From an uncultured Clostridia bacterium (lineage in GTDB: Bacteria > Bacillota > Clostridia > Christensenellales > Borkfalkiaceae): a stretch of DNA of 64,000 nucleotides. The stretch is from positions 18,393 through 82,392 of the forward strand of contig CANREM010000005.1 of the NCBI GenBank assembly GCA_947629675.1, in the 5' to 3' direction. The notes under the pieces were generated by a model. The model ran no database searches and was not told the origin of the DNA. It saw only the letters and a list, made by a program, of their open reading frames with translations. This document shows, piece after piece, positions 40,123-47,781 of this stretch; position 1 is the stretch's first letter, and each line of letters opens with the position of its first letter. Position numbers and translations under genes: made by a program.

Positions 40123-41106
40123 ACCTCGAAGGTCGAGGCAAAAGGCGTCGGAAAGGTTTTCCCCAAATTTCCCCAAAACGTGAATACCGATTTTGCAAAG
40201 CTCGGTGCCGAACGGTGCCGAGCTTTTCCTTCCGCGAGCGCGGCGGGGGCGACGACGGCGGGCGGCCGCGACGCCTGCGACCGCTCAGCCGGGTGGATGC
40301 GCATCTTCGATCGCCGCCAAAGCCGCATAGACGGAAACGCACGAGCGTGCAGAAAGACGGCCCGTCACGGGCGGCCGTGCCGGTGGCTCATTTAATGGAA
40401 GTTGCTTGGTTGACGTTCAGTCCGCGCGGCGGTGGAGATGCCGACTGACTGTGGCGGGCGTAGACGCATTGCGGCAAGCCAGACGCAGGCAGGCGGCATA
40501 CTACCGCCGCGCGGTGTAGTTCGCGACATCCATTTTTCGAAAATTCGCCTGCTTGCATGGCGAATTTTCGCGAGCTTTTAAATTTTCCCACCTTCTTAAA
40601 TTTAAGTCGTCATTTCTATATGCGACGACTTCCTCATTCTTCCCGAAAATCCACCTGAACGGAGTGAATGGTGAATTTTCGGGCGAGTAAGTTCACACTC
40701 GAGTGTAAGCGTCAGGAGCTTCTGATTTCAAGCCGGCCTCAAGGGCGGCTTCCTTCTTGAAGAGCTTCCAATGACGGCGGTGCCTCGGCACCGCGACCTT
40801 TTTCTCTCGAGGTGAGTGCCCACGCTGGGCACGAGCCGTGATAAGATCTTCATATAAATGTTCTTATATAGAATTCATATCTACTGTGCTACTTTTCGGA
40901 CCGCTACCGTATTACATTTCGGACATGCTTTGTGCTATTTCGCGGACGGCGAAAGTCCGAAATTTATTACGGTGAACGGAGCAAAGGAAACAGCCGCCCG
41001 GGAGAAGCCCGAGCGGCCGTTTTACTGTACTATTTTAAGAGAGGCGATGCTCCTCTCTCTTACTTTTGGTCGGTATTCAGTTCGCCTTGGGGTTACGTGA
41101 AGGGGA
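40123..41106. other. ~1-kb coding-free, hairpin-dense segment (candidate replication origin, packaging region or large structured RNA)
   Basis: No convincing ORF. At least eight stems of 6-14 bp, for example cgaaaattcgcc/ggcgaattttcg (~40537-40570), cccgaaaatccacc/ggtgaattttcggg (~40641-40683) and ccgcgcggcggt/accgccgcgcgg (~40423-40515). There is a very G+C-rich core at 40190-40530. Confidence 0.6.
40158..40180 (+). repeat. 23-bp direct repeat, left copy (candidate integrase arm-type site)
   Basis: tttccccaaatttccccaaaacg is identical to 58107-58129. It contains an internal ccccaaa duplication. Confidence 0.7.
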
Positions 41107-42216
41107 TCATGGCGACCTCCTTCGGCCTATGCCTGGATAGCAATCGCAGGCCTTTCCCGTGCCGATCATGAAGCCGGTGTCGTGGCACTTCTGGCAGCTG
41201 AACACGGGTTTGAGATCTTCCTTCGAGATGCCGAGCTTCCGCATGCGGCGAGAGATCTGGACGGCGAGAGATTTCTTCTTCGCTTCGAGCTTTGCAACTT
41301 CTTTGAGATCTCCTTTCACTTCGGCGCGTGCGATCTCGGGATCGAGTTTCGCATGCTGCGCGTGAAGGTCGTGGTACTTTGGATCTCCCTCGAGGAGTTC
41401 TTGGAATTGTTCTGCCCGGGCGTTTGCTTTGGCCTGCCGTGCCGCATAGAAGCGTTCTCTCTCGGCGCGTTGGTCGGCGGCGTTCGAGGGATCCTTCCCG
41501 GTTTTCCGAGATGCTTCATGCACGGCCTTCTCTTCTTCCTTCTTGTAGGCTTTGTAAGCAGCGCGGAGGAGCTTCTCATTGACTTTATACGAGCTTCTCC
41601 AATGCCCGTTGACGCCTTTGCAGTCCTCGGGCCTGAAGATGAGATCCATTGAGAAGAGGAGCTTGATCGCCTTCTGAACGCTTGCCGGGCAAAGATCGAC
41701 GAGCTTTGCGATTCCTCGGACGGAGCCGTGGAACGCTCCGTCGCCTTTTTCGTTGGTGCAATGCGTGATAAAGAGGCTCAGGACCTTCTTCGCTGCGTCG
41801 GTGAGGTATTCCTCGCGCTCAGAGCCTTTTATGTGGAACTTTGTTGTAAGTATGAAGAAATACATGCGGATATAGCCTCTCTCAAAGACGCGATCATTCG
41901 TTTTATAGGCGGCCCGGGCGGGATCGCTCTTATCCTGCTCGAAGAGGCCCTCGGCGCGGAGATCTTTCATAGCCGATGCTATTGTTGATTTTACATAGCC
42001 GAGTTTATTTCCAAAGCCTTGAAAAGAAAGGTGGACGGCCGCATCTGGATCGTCCTTTGTCCTTGAGAACGAATAAATATAGCCTCTTACCGCTACGAGA
42101 GACGTTCTTACGTGCTTTCCGTTTACTTTTTTCCTGAAAAAAGCATACGGAATGCGGATACATCCGCTCTGAGCGCGTTCTACGGGGTCTTTTTGTTCTA
42201 TGTACTGCTGTTGCAT
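41107..42216 (-). CDS. Replication-initiation/helicase-loader-like protein (wHTH domains plus a DnaI/DnaC-N-like zinc module)
   Basis: 369 aa. The C-terminal coiled segment ends in CQKCHDTGFMIGTGKACDCY, which resembles the N-terminal Zn module of clostridial DnaC/DnaI-like loaders. GCGGAGGA RBS. Confidence 0.5.
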   Translation of the reverse strand: MQQQYIEQKDPVERAQSGCIRIPYAFFRKKVNGKHVRTSLVAVRGYIYSFSRTKDDPDAAVHLSFQGFGNKLGYVKSTIASAMKDLRAEGLFEQDKSDPARAAYKTNDRVFERGYIRMYFFILTTKFHIKGSEREEYLTDAAKKVLSLFITHCTNEKGDGAFHGSVRGIAKLVDLCPASVQKAIKLLFSMDLIFRPEDCKGVNGHWRSSYKVNEKLLRAAYKAYKKEEEKAVHEASRKTGKDPSNAADQRAERERFYAARQAKANARAEQFQELLEGDPKYHDLHAQHAKLDPEIARAEVKGDLKEVAKLEAKKKSLAVQISRRMRKLGISKEDLKPVFSCQKCHDTGFMIGTGKACDCYPGIGRRRSP

Positions 42217-42236
42217 GAGGATCCTCCGCTTGGATC

Positions 42237-42458
42237 TTATTTGACGAGATAGAGTTTCCCGTGTTCTACGGCCACGAGGCCGAGGGGGATGAGCTTTTTA
42301 TCGAGGTTATAGCGCACGGTGGATCTTGTGCATCCGACGGTGCGTGCGATGAGGTTATAATCGAGGCGACGCCTTTTGCCGCCCTTGAGGCTTTCTTTCA
42401 GAAAGCGATAGATCTTGCTGGCGGTGCTTTCGATGAGGAGCGCGTTCTGATCTGTCAT
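42237..42458 (-). CDS. Small winged-helix DNA-binding protein
   Basis: 73 aa containing LIARTVGCTRSTVRYNL (HTH-like). ATGA overlap with the upstream ATPase stop. Confidence 0.5.
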   Translation of the reverse strand: MTDQNALLIESTASKIYRFLKESLKGGKRRRLDYNLIARTVGCTRSTVRYNLDKKLIPLGLVAVEHGKLYLVK

Positions 42459-44710
42459 TTTTGCCCTCCTTTCTCCGAGTTCTCTTCAGGAGGCTCGGAT
42501 TCGAGATAGTATTTATCAAGTTTTTGGAAGTGGTAGGATCCTTCCTGCCTGTGTTCGCTCATCTTGGCATGCGTGGTGGCAAAGCAAGGGACGTCATCTA
42601 TGCCGGTGGGCGATTTGAGGGTCTTCTCGTTGTAGCTGTCCTGCCATGCGTCGGTCTGGAATACGTTCGCATAGTTCTTTCGGTTGGACATGAACAGGCT
42701 GAACTGCTCGAGCGCGACGTCTTTGGTGCCCGCCTGCACGGTCCCTTTGACCTTGTAGCCTCCAAAGACGGAGACGGCGCGCTGATAGTGATCGTAGATC
42801 TTTTTCCGGACGACGTTCTGAAGGAACCATAGAAGCAGCGTCTGATCGCCGCGGTTGAATGCTGCCTCATCGAAGAGCTTCCCGAGGAGCTTCTCGGAGA
42901 GTAGATAGATCGCTTCTTCGATGGCAAAGAAGGGCAAGAGGATCTTTTGCTTTCCCTTCTCGCGGAGGACGATGATGTCGCCGAGTTCGACGAGATCCGC
43001 ATTGAGGCTCGAGGCGCGCTGTTCGTCGGCGATGATGCGTAAAAAGGCATTATAGGCGACGGTCGCGCTGTGTCCTCTCATCTTGATGTCGAGGTTGAAG
43101 AGATCGTTGAGGATGTTTGCTTCCTCATCCTCGACCTTCTTCCCGGCGCGGTCGAACTGATTCCCGCGCTCCTTGCCGAATTCCGTGAACGCTGCGACGC
43201 CGTATTCGAAGGCGTCCTTGTATTTGTCTTGAGGATCCACCTTCTTGCCCGGGCGGAACATGTCGAAGTGAACGATGTGTGCCATGCGCGATCTGTCGAT
43301 CGGAGAGGGGTCTTTTCGGTAAAAATCATCGTCCCATTGGATCTCGTTTCCGCGGTCCTGCAGATCGTCATCCATTCTGATCGGGAAATTCGAGAGAAGC
43401 ATCGAGGGCGTGAGCTGCAGCCTGTAGAGCTGCGAGAAGTCATGGATAGCGTCGTAGATTGTTTCTTTTCCGAGGCCGCGGTCGTAGACTGTGGGCCAGC
43501 GTTTTGTGTCATATCCGAAAAGGATGTTGTCGAATCGGATCCCGTATTTTCGGGAAAGCATTTTGCGGTGTATTCTGACTTGATATGGATCGTTTTGATA
43601 GGCTTTGTGGGCCTCACAGATCTTGTCGGCCCATTTTCGCACGTGTGCGAGATTATAGAGTTCATGCTTCTTTGCGCCGCGCTGTATGACCTTTTCGAGC
43701 GTGATCCAAGGGAAATTCGGGAACTTGAGCTGTATCTCGCGCATCGCCTTTTTGCACATGTTTCTGAAGAGTTTATCGTAGGTGATCGCGGTAGACGCGA
43801 GAAAGGTCGTTTTTCCGGAGCGCATCGGGGCTGTGACAATGAAGAAGATCGGCCGCTCCTCGAGGAATTTTCGGAACGATTTCTCCTGCTTCTCGAGGCG
43901 GCTGAAACCGATGCTCTTTCGCCAGCGTGTGAAGATCCAGAGGCCAAAGGGGATCCAGATCCAAATGGGGAGGAATCTCACGGCGACGGTGACGTCGTAG
44001 ACAAGCTTGATGAGCTGTACGCCGATAGACGTGACGTCGGCATGAGACGCATAGTGGAAGAGCCAAGCGACGAATTCAAGCCCCACCGTAAAGCCGTTGA
44101 AAAAGAATACGGCGATAAGGATGAGGGCCTTTTTATAGGCATGTTCTCCAAAGAAGCGGAAAAAGCGTTTGACAAACCTTTTTGCCGGCATGTAGGCTCT
44201 GTCGTAGAACCTCATGAAGCATCTGAGCGGTTTCGATTGTCCGGCATAGCGGTTATTTTGCGCCTTCACTTGCGAGCTGATCGCCAGCCCCACCGGGACG
44301 GCGACAAGTCCTCCGAGCAGGATGATCGCTACGCTCGAATAGAGCAGGATCCTGCCGATGAGCCTCAGATACGCCAGCATGTTGGCGGGCGATATGAGTG
44401 TGAGGCCGATATTTTTGAATACGTTGACGAATTCGCTCCATACCTGCGGGATCTCCGTCGTCATGGCGGAAGAAAATTGCGACGACGTGGAAGTTGTCGC
44501 GCCTGCGATGGATCCTATTTCATGGAATACATCGCGGAGGGATTCGAAGAAACGTATGTAGATCTGAGGGACCCGGACGGATCCAAGGACGATGATTTCT
44601 GCGAGGATCGCGAGTGCCATGGCGTGGAATACCTTCGGCCGCCACGCCGGATAAAATGGCATTGCATGCGCTGCATGTTGTTCTTTTTTTCGTGACTTGA
44701 GATGCTTCAT
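42455..44710 (-). CDS. Polytopic-membrane P-loop NTPase (candidate assembly/DNA-translocation ATPase, distantly Zot/pI-like)
   Basis: ~290-aa N-terminal region with about six TM helices, then Walker A FFIVTAPMRSGKTT, a candidate Walker B VAAFTEFGKERG, and a following RIIADEQRASSLNADLVEL segment. The ATG at 44710 overlaps the stop of the 30-aa ORF. Confidence 0.6.
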   Translation of the reverse strand: MKHLKSRKKEQHAAHAMPFYPAWRPKVFHAMALAILAEIIVLGSVRVPQIYIRFFESLRDVFHEIGSIAGATTSTSSQFSSAMTTEIPQVWSEFVNVFKNIGLTLISPANMLAYLRLIGRILLYSSVAIILLGGLVAVPVGLAISSQVKAQNNRYAGQSKPLRCFMRFYDRAYMPAKRFVKRFFRFFGEHAYKKALILIAVFFFNGFTVGLEFVAWLFHYASHADVTSIGVQLIKLVYDVTVAVRFLPIWIWIPFGLWIFTRWRKSIGFSRLEKQEKSFRKFLEERPIFFIVTAPMRSGKTTFLASTAITYDKLFRNMCKKAMREIQLKFPNFPWITLEKVIQRGAKKHELYNLAHVRKWADKICEAHKAYQNDPYQVRIHRKMLSRKYGIRFDNILFGYDTKRWPTVYDRGLGKETIYDAIHDFSQLYRLQLTPSMLLSNFPIRMDDDLQDRGNEIQWDDDFYRKDPSPIDRSRMAHIVHFDMFRPGKKVDPQDKYKDAFEYGVAAFTEFGKERGNQFDRAGKKVEDEEANILNDLFNLDIKMRGHSATVAYNAFLRIIADEQRASSLNADLVELGDIIVLREKGKQKILLPFFAIEEAIYLLSEKLLGKLFDEAAFNRGDQTLLLWFLQNVVRKKIYDHYQRAVSVFGGYKVKGTVQAGTKDVALEQFSLFMSNRKNYANVFQTDAWQDSYNEKTLKSPTGIDDVPCFATTHAKMSEHRQEGSYHFQKLDKYYLESEPPEENSEKGGQK

Positions 44711-44799
44711 GCGCCCACTGCTCCTTGGCACGAAAAGACGATATATCCGATGAGGATGATGAGGCCGAGCGTGCCGAGGATCTTGAGCGCGAGCTTCAT
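44707..44799 (-). CDS. 30-aa hydrophobic peptide (not in the ORF track)
   Basis: MKLALKILGTLGLIILIGYIVFSCQGAVGA. AAAGGAGAAAAA RBS, and its stop overlaps the ATPase ATG (ATGA). Confidence 0.6.
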   Translation of the reverse strand: MKLALKILGTLGLIILIGYIVFSCQGAVGA

Positions 44800-44809
44800 T
44801 TTTTCTCCT

Positions 44810-45127
44810 TTAGGCAAAAAATTCTTCGCAGAACTCTTTGAACTGCTTTATCGTTCGACAAGCTTTCTGACAGACGGCTTGTCCGTTATATGCGGTGAAC
44901 TGATAGTAGTTTTCGCTCGAGCGGATGAGGGCGATGAAGGCTTCGAGCTTCGAGTTTTGCTTTGGGATCCTTACGATCTGTGTCAGTGCCTTTGGATCCG
45001 TTCGGCTGTAGGATGGCTCGAAGATCTTCACGCCGTCATCTTTCATGTTCATTTTGATGAATATCACGCCGCCCTTCACGGTGCGCCTCTCGAAGCCCGG
45101 CGGCGTATAATAGCTTTGGATCTTCAT
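44810..45127 (-). CDS. Hypothetical soluble 105-aa protein
   Basis: ORF abutting the upstream stop (tga-g-atg). No TM and no recognised motif. Confidence 0.5.
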   Translation of the reverse strand: MKIQSYYTPPGFERRTVKGGVIFIKMNMKDDGVKIFEPSYSRTDPKALTQIVRIPKQNSKLEAFIALIRSSENYYQFTAYNGQAVCQKACRTIKQFKEFCEEFFA

Positions 45128-45128
45128 C

Positions 45129-45704
45129 TCAAAAATAGATACGGTCTTGGGAAAGTTCCAGCCCGGTGAGCTGATGGGGCGTCACGCGGATCTGAATGCT
45201 GTATTTGATCGCTTCGTTGTAAGACGTTACGGTTAGGATATAGAGAGGGACCTCCGGATCGGGAGGATCGCTCAAAAGGTTTATCTCTTCGTCCGGATAG
45301 AGCATGGAAAGGATCTCCTCGATCGTGTTATCCGCGCTGAATAATGTCTTGAGCGTAAAGCTGCTTTCAGATTTTTGGATCTCAAAGAGAGATTCGACGC
45401 CCTTCTCACCGCTCCAGCGTTTGATCGCCGTCCCGACGGTATATTCGAGATCTACTTCCGGATTCGGAGTGATCGCGACGGTATAGTCGCGTTTCTTCGT
45501 CTCGAATGGATACTTTACCTTGAATGTCTCTTCTGTATCTTCTTCGACTTTGACTTCTGCCTCGGACCCCATGATCGATTCACCGTCATAGACGATGTAG
45601 AATGTCTTAAAATCTTCGTTGAAGTGATCGGTGAAGTGCCAGATGAAGAGGACGGCTGCCGTTACGACGAGCAGCGTTGCAAGCACTGCAAAAAATTTCT
45701 TCAT
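45129..45704 (-). CDS. N-terminally anchored membrane protein, unknown function
   Basis: 191 aa. MKKFFAVLATLLVVTAAVLFIW is the TM. AGGAG RBS. Confidence 0.6.
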   Translation of the reverse strand: MKKFFAVLATLLVVTAAVLFIWHFTDHFNEDFKTFYIVYDGESIMGSEAEVKVEEDTEETFKVKYPFETKKRDYTVAITPNPEVDLEYTVGTAIKRWSGEKGVESLFEIQKSESSFTLKTLFSADNTIEEILSMLYPDEEINLLSDPPDPEVPLYILTVTSYNEAIKYSIQIRVTPHQLTGLELSQDRIYF

Positions 45705-45722
45705 ATCGGTCTCCTGTGGCTT

Positions 45723-46673
45723 TTATGCAGGTTTGTCGGTGTCCCATACCGCTCTGAGCGTCCCGCTTCCATAGATGGTGATGCTTGTCCCGGCGGCGTA
45801 AGTCTTTTCCCCTGATGCCCAATGAAGGAAAGTGTGACCGCTCCATTGCGGCGCGTTCGGGAGAGTGATTTTTTGGCCTTCCTTTGCGGACATGGGTGCC
45901 ACTTTTTCGCTCCCAGTATAGCTTCCGAGGTCAAAGGTCACGGTGTAAGTGGCAAGAGGGATCGGATCGAGCGATTTGATCTTCTGTATCTGGATCCCGT
46001 TTTTGTATGTCGTGTCCGGGGTCTTGAAGATCTTCAGCGAGATCCTGTAGATGCCGTCATATTTCTCCTTGAGGGAGATCTCTTTTTCTGCCGCTTCGAA
46101 GGCGGTGTTGCTTCCGAGAAGCTCGGTATAACCGAGAGAGCCTTCTTCGGATCTTCCTTTTTCGATGTGGAATTTGTCGCCGGCATAGAGTTCGAGGTCA
46201 ACTTGATAGACACTATAGTCGGAGGTCGAAGCTGCAAGATCCTGCTCGAGCAGAAAGACGCCCGGCGCATTCTGGATCTCCTCGAGCGTGCCTTTTCCTT
46301 CTCCTACGATGTACCATAGATTCGGATCGTCGTAGACGGTGCGGCCGTAAAGTGTAAGGTCCTTTTTGAGCTTTGTCGTGAACTTATAAGGCGTCGTATA
46401 GCCTTTGTCTGTGTACCACCCGTCGACGGCGGTATCCTCGGTTAGCTCTGGTTCGAAGGGATCCTCGATCCTCTCCCCATAGAGGTAAGCCTTTTCCTCT
46501 GTCTTTGTCTTTTTGCCGTCGAGGACCCATGTTACACTCACGCGCTCCGGAAGCGATGTGTTGCGCTTCACGAGCCTTACGATCAGGGCGGTGATGAGCG
46601 AGAGTAGGATGACGGCGATAAGTACGATCAAAACGATGCGGATCGCTTTACTTTTCTTCTCACTCTTGGACAT
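45723..46673 (-). CDS. N-anchored surface protein with a CBM-like beta domain and one Listeria-Bacteroides (InlB B-type) repeat
   Basis: TM near the N-terminus. WYIVGEGKGTL...LELYAGDKFHI parallels the C-terminal domain of the 568-aa protein. The C-terminus is TYTVTFDLGSY...GHTFLHW. Start at 46673 with a GGAGG RBS. Confidence 0.65.
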   Translation of the reverse strand: MSKSEKKSKAIRIVLIVLIAVILLSLITALIVRLVKRNTSLPERVSVTWVLDGKKTKTEEKAYLYGERIEDPFEPELTEDTAVDGWYTDKGYTTPYKFTTKLKKDLTLYGRTVYDDPNLWYIVGEGKGTLEEIQNAPGVFLLEQDLAASTSDYSVYQVDLELYAGDKFHIEKGRSEEGSLGYTELLGSNTAFEAAEKEISLKEKYDGIYRISLKIFKTPDTTYKNGIQIQKIKSLDPIPLATYTVTFDLGSYTGSEKVAPMSAKEGQKITLPNAPQWSGHTFLHWASGEKTYAAGTSITIYGSGTLRAVWDTDKPA

Positions 46674-46887
46674 GGATACCTCCGATGACGTCAACGTTTG
46701 CTTTTTCTGCTATTTCGGCCGTCAGGGCCGCGGCATCTTCAGCTTTCTCTTTCGGCTTGAACTTTGAAAGATCCGTGCCGCCTTTCGTGATGAAGCTGAA
46801 GGCGAGCGCGAGGGCGAGAAGGACGGCGATGACGATCGCCGTGATCCCGACCCAGCGTGGGAAAGTTTTGCTTTTTTTCGCTGCCAT
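46660..46887 (-). CDS. 75-aa single-TM protein
   Basis: MAAKKSKTFPRWVGITAIVIAVLLALALAFSFI... with an acidic tail. AAGAGG RBS. Confidence 0.55.
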   Translation of the reverse strand: MAAKKSKTFPRWVGITAIVIAVLLALALAFSFITKGGTDLSKFKPKEKAEDAAALTAEIAEKANVDVIGGIHVQE

Positions 46888-47027
46888 TTCGTGACCTCTT
46901 TTTTATTTTTCACACCGGGAATGGTGTTCGGCTCTGTCAGCCGAGCGGAGTTTTCCCTCCGCTCGACCTTCGAGATGTCGCTCCCCGGCCGTGATGGGCG
47001 GCCAATGCGGAGTAGGGAGCATATTTT

Positions 47028-47264
47028 TTATTTTTGCCTGCGCTTCGATGTCGGAAAGTTGCATCCGGCCGGCGGCAATCTTAGGGCATAATAAGTGCAT
47101 GATTTTTTGTGAGAGATCTGTCCGGGTGAGGCGTTGACCCCGCCTGCAGAAAGGAGCATGTAGGCATCCGTTTCGGCGTCGTGTCTCAAGATCGGAAAGC
47201 CTGTCGGAAGGCATTTGATCTCGTCTGCCGTGAGGGCGTATAAAAGTATGGATACGGGTTTCAT
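47028..47264 (-). CDS. Hypothetical 78-aa protein (uncertain)
   Basis: ATGA overlap with the upstream stop suggests coupling. The C-terminal half has poor composition, and an overlapping alternative frame (46903-47214) reads more naturally. Confidence 0.3.
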   Translation of the reverse strand: MKPVSILLYALTADEIKCLPTGFPILRHDAETDAYMLLSAGGVNASPGQISHKKSCTYYALRLPPAGCNFPTSKRRQK

Positions 47265-47758
47265 ACGGCTTCGCCCTCCGCCTTCAACACTTTCTCGATC
47301 TCCGCTTTGGTGCAGTCATTCAGCTGTGCTAAGATCTTGATCTGTTTTTTCTTGTCGGCCGATGTTCGATAGCGTCGTGCGATCTCTTGCCCGGACATGC
47401 GGTCGCTTTGTTCGGCCGCCGGGCACTTTTTGACGATCTCGCTGTATGTCAAAAGGTGTTTTTTCGTCTTATCGGAAAGCTCGAGCGTGAACGGTTCTTC
47501 TCCGTCGATCGCTTTCTCGATCTCCTTCTTAAGCGACACACATTTCTTTTTCATGCTGTTCTGCATGACTATGAGCGCGGCGGCGAAATCTTTCATCTGA
47601 AGCGTGAGCTTTGATTCTTCTCGTACGAGTTCTTCGTAAAAGAGAGCATCATCAAGCTCTTCTTTTGCGATCTCCCCGAGCGCGGCGGCATAGCCTTCCA
47701 CGCGCTCGAGGATCCTTTGCACTCGTATGATACGGTTGATCCTTTCTTCATCCATCAT
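47261..47758 (-). CDS. Hypothetical protein with a C-terminal HTH-like segment
   Basis: ~165 aa. GQEIARRYRTSADKKKQIKILAQLNDCTKAEIEKVL. AAGGAG lies 9 nt upstream of the ATG at 47758. Confidence 0.55.
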   Translation of the reverse strand: MMDEERINRIIRVQRILERVEGYAAALGEIAKEELDDALFYEELVREESKLTLQMKDFAAALIVMQNSMKKKCVSLKKEIEKAIDGEEPFTLELSDKTKKHLLTYSEIVKKCPAAEQSDRMSGQEIARRYRTSADKKKQIKILAQLNDCTKAEIEKVLKAEGEAV

Positions 47759-47781
47759 TTTTGACATCTCCTTGTTATATG

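Noticed and set aside
40105-41100. Several 60-110-aa ORFs on both strands in the element's left-end segment
   Set aside because: They are Arg/Ala/Pro/Gly-rich translations of very G+C-rich, hairpin-dense DNA, with no RBS and no coupling. The segment is treated as non-coding.
40123-41106. Naming the non-coding segment as a ROOL or GOLLD RNA
   Set aside because: The context (prophage-like element, adjacent tRNA, size) is suggestive, but I cannot reproduce either consensus from memory and cannot run a covariance model. It is left as a hypothesis in the findings.
43070-44695. 541-aa plus-strand ORF inside the element
   Set aside because: It is antisense to the membrane ATPase gene. That gene has a Walker A motif, TM helices and translational coupling to its neighbours. 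The plus-strand product is low-complexity and acid-rich.
46903-47264. Possible programmed frameshift joining ORF 47028-47264 to the overlapping frame 46903-47214
   Set aside because: The downstream frame reads more protein-like than the C-terminus of the 78-aa ORF. However, I see no slippery heptamer and cannot distinguish this from a sequencing error or two chance ORFs.
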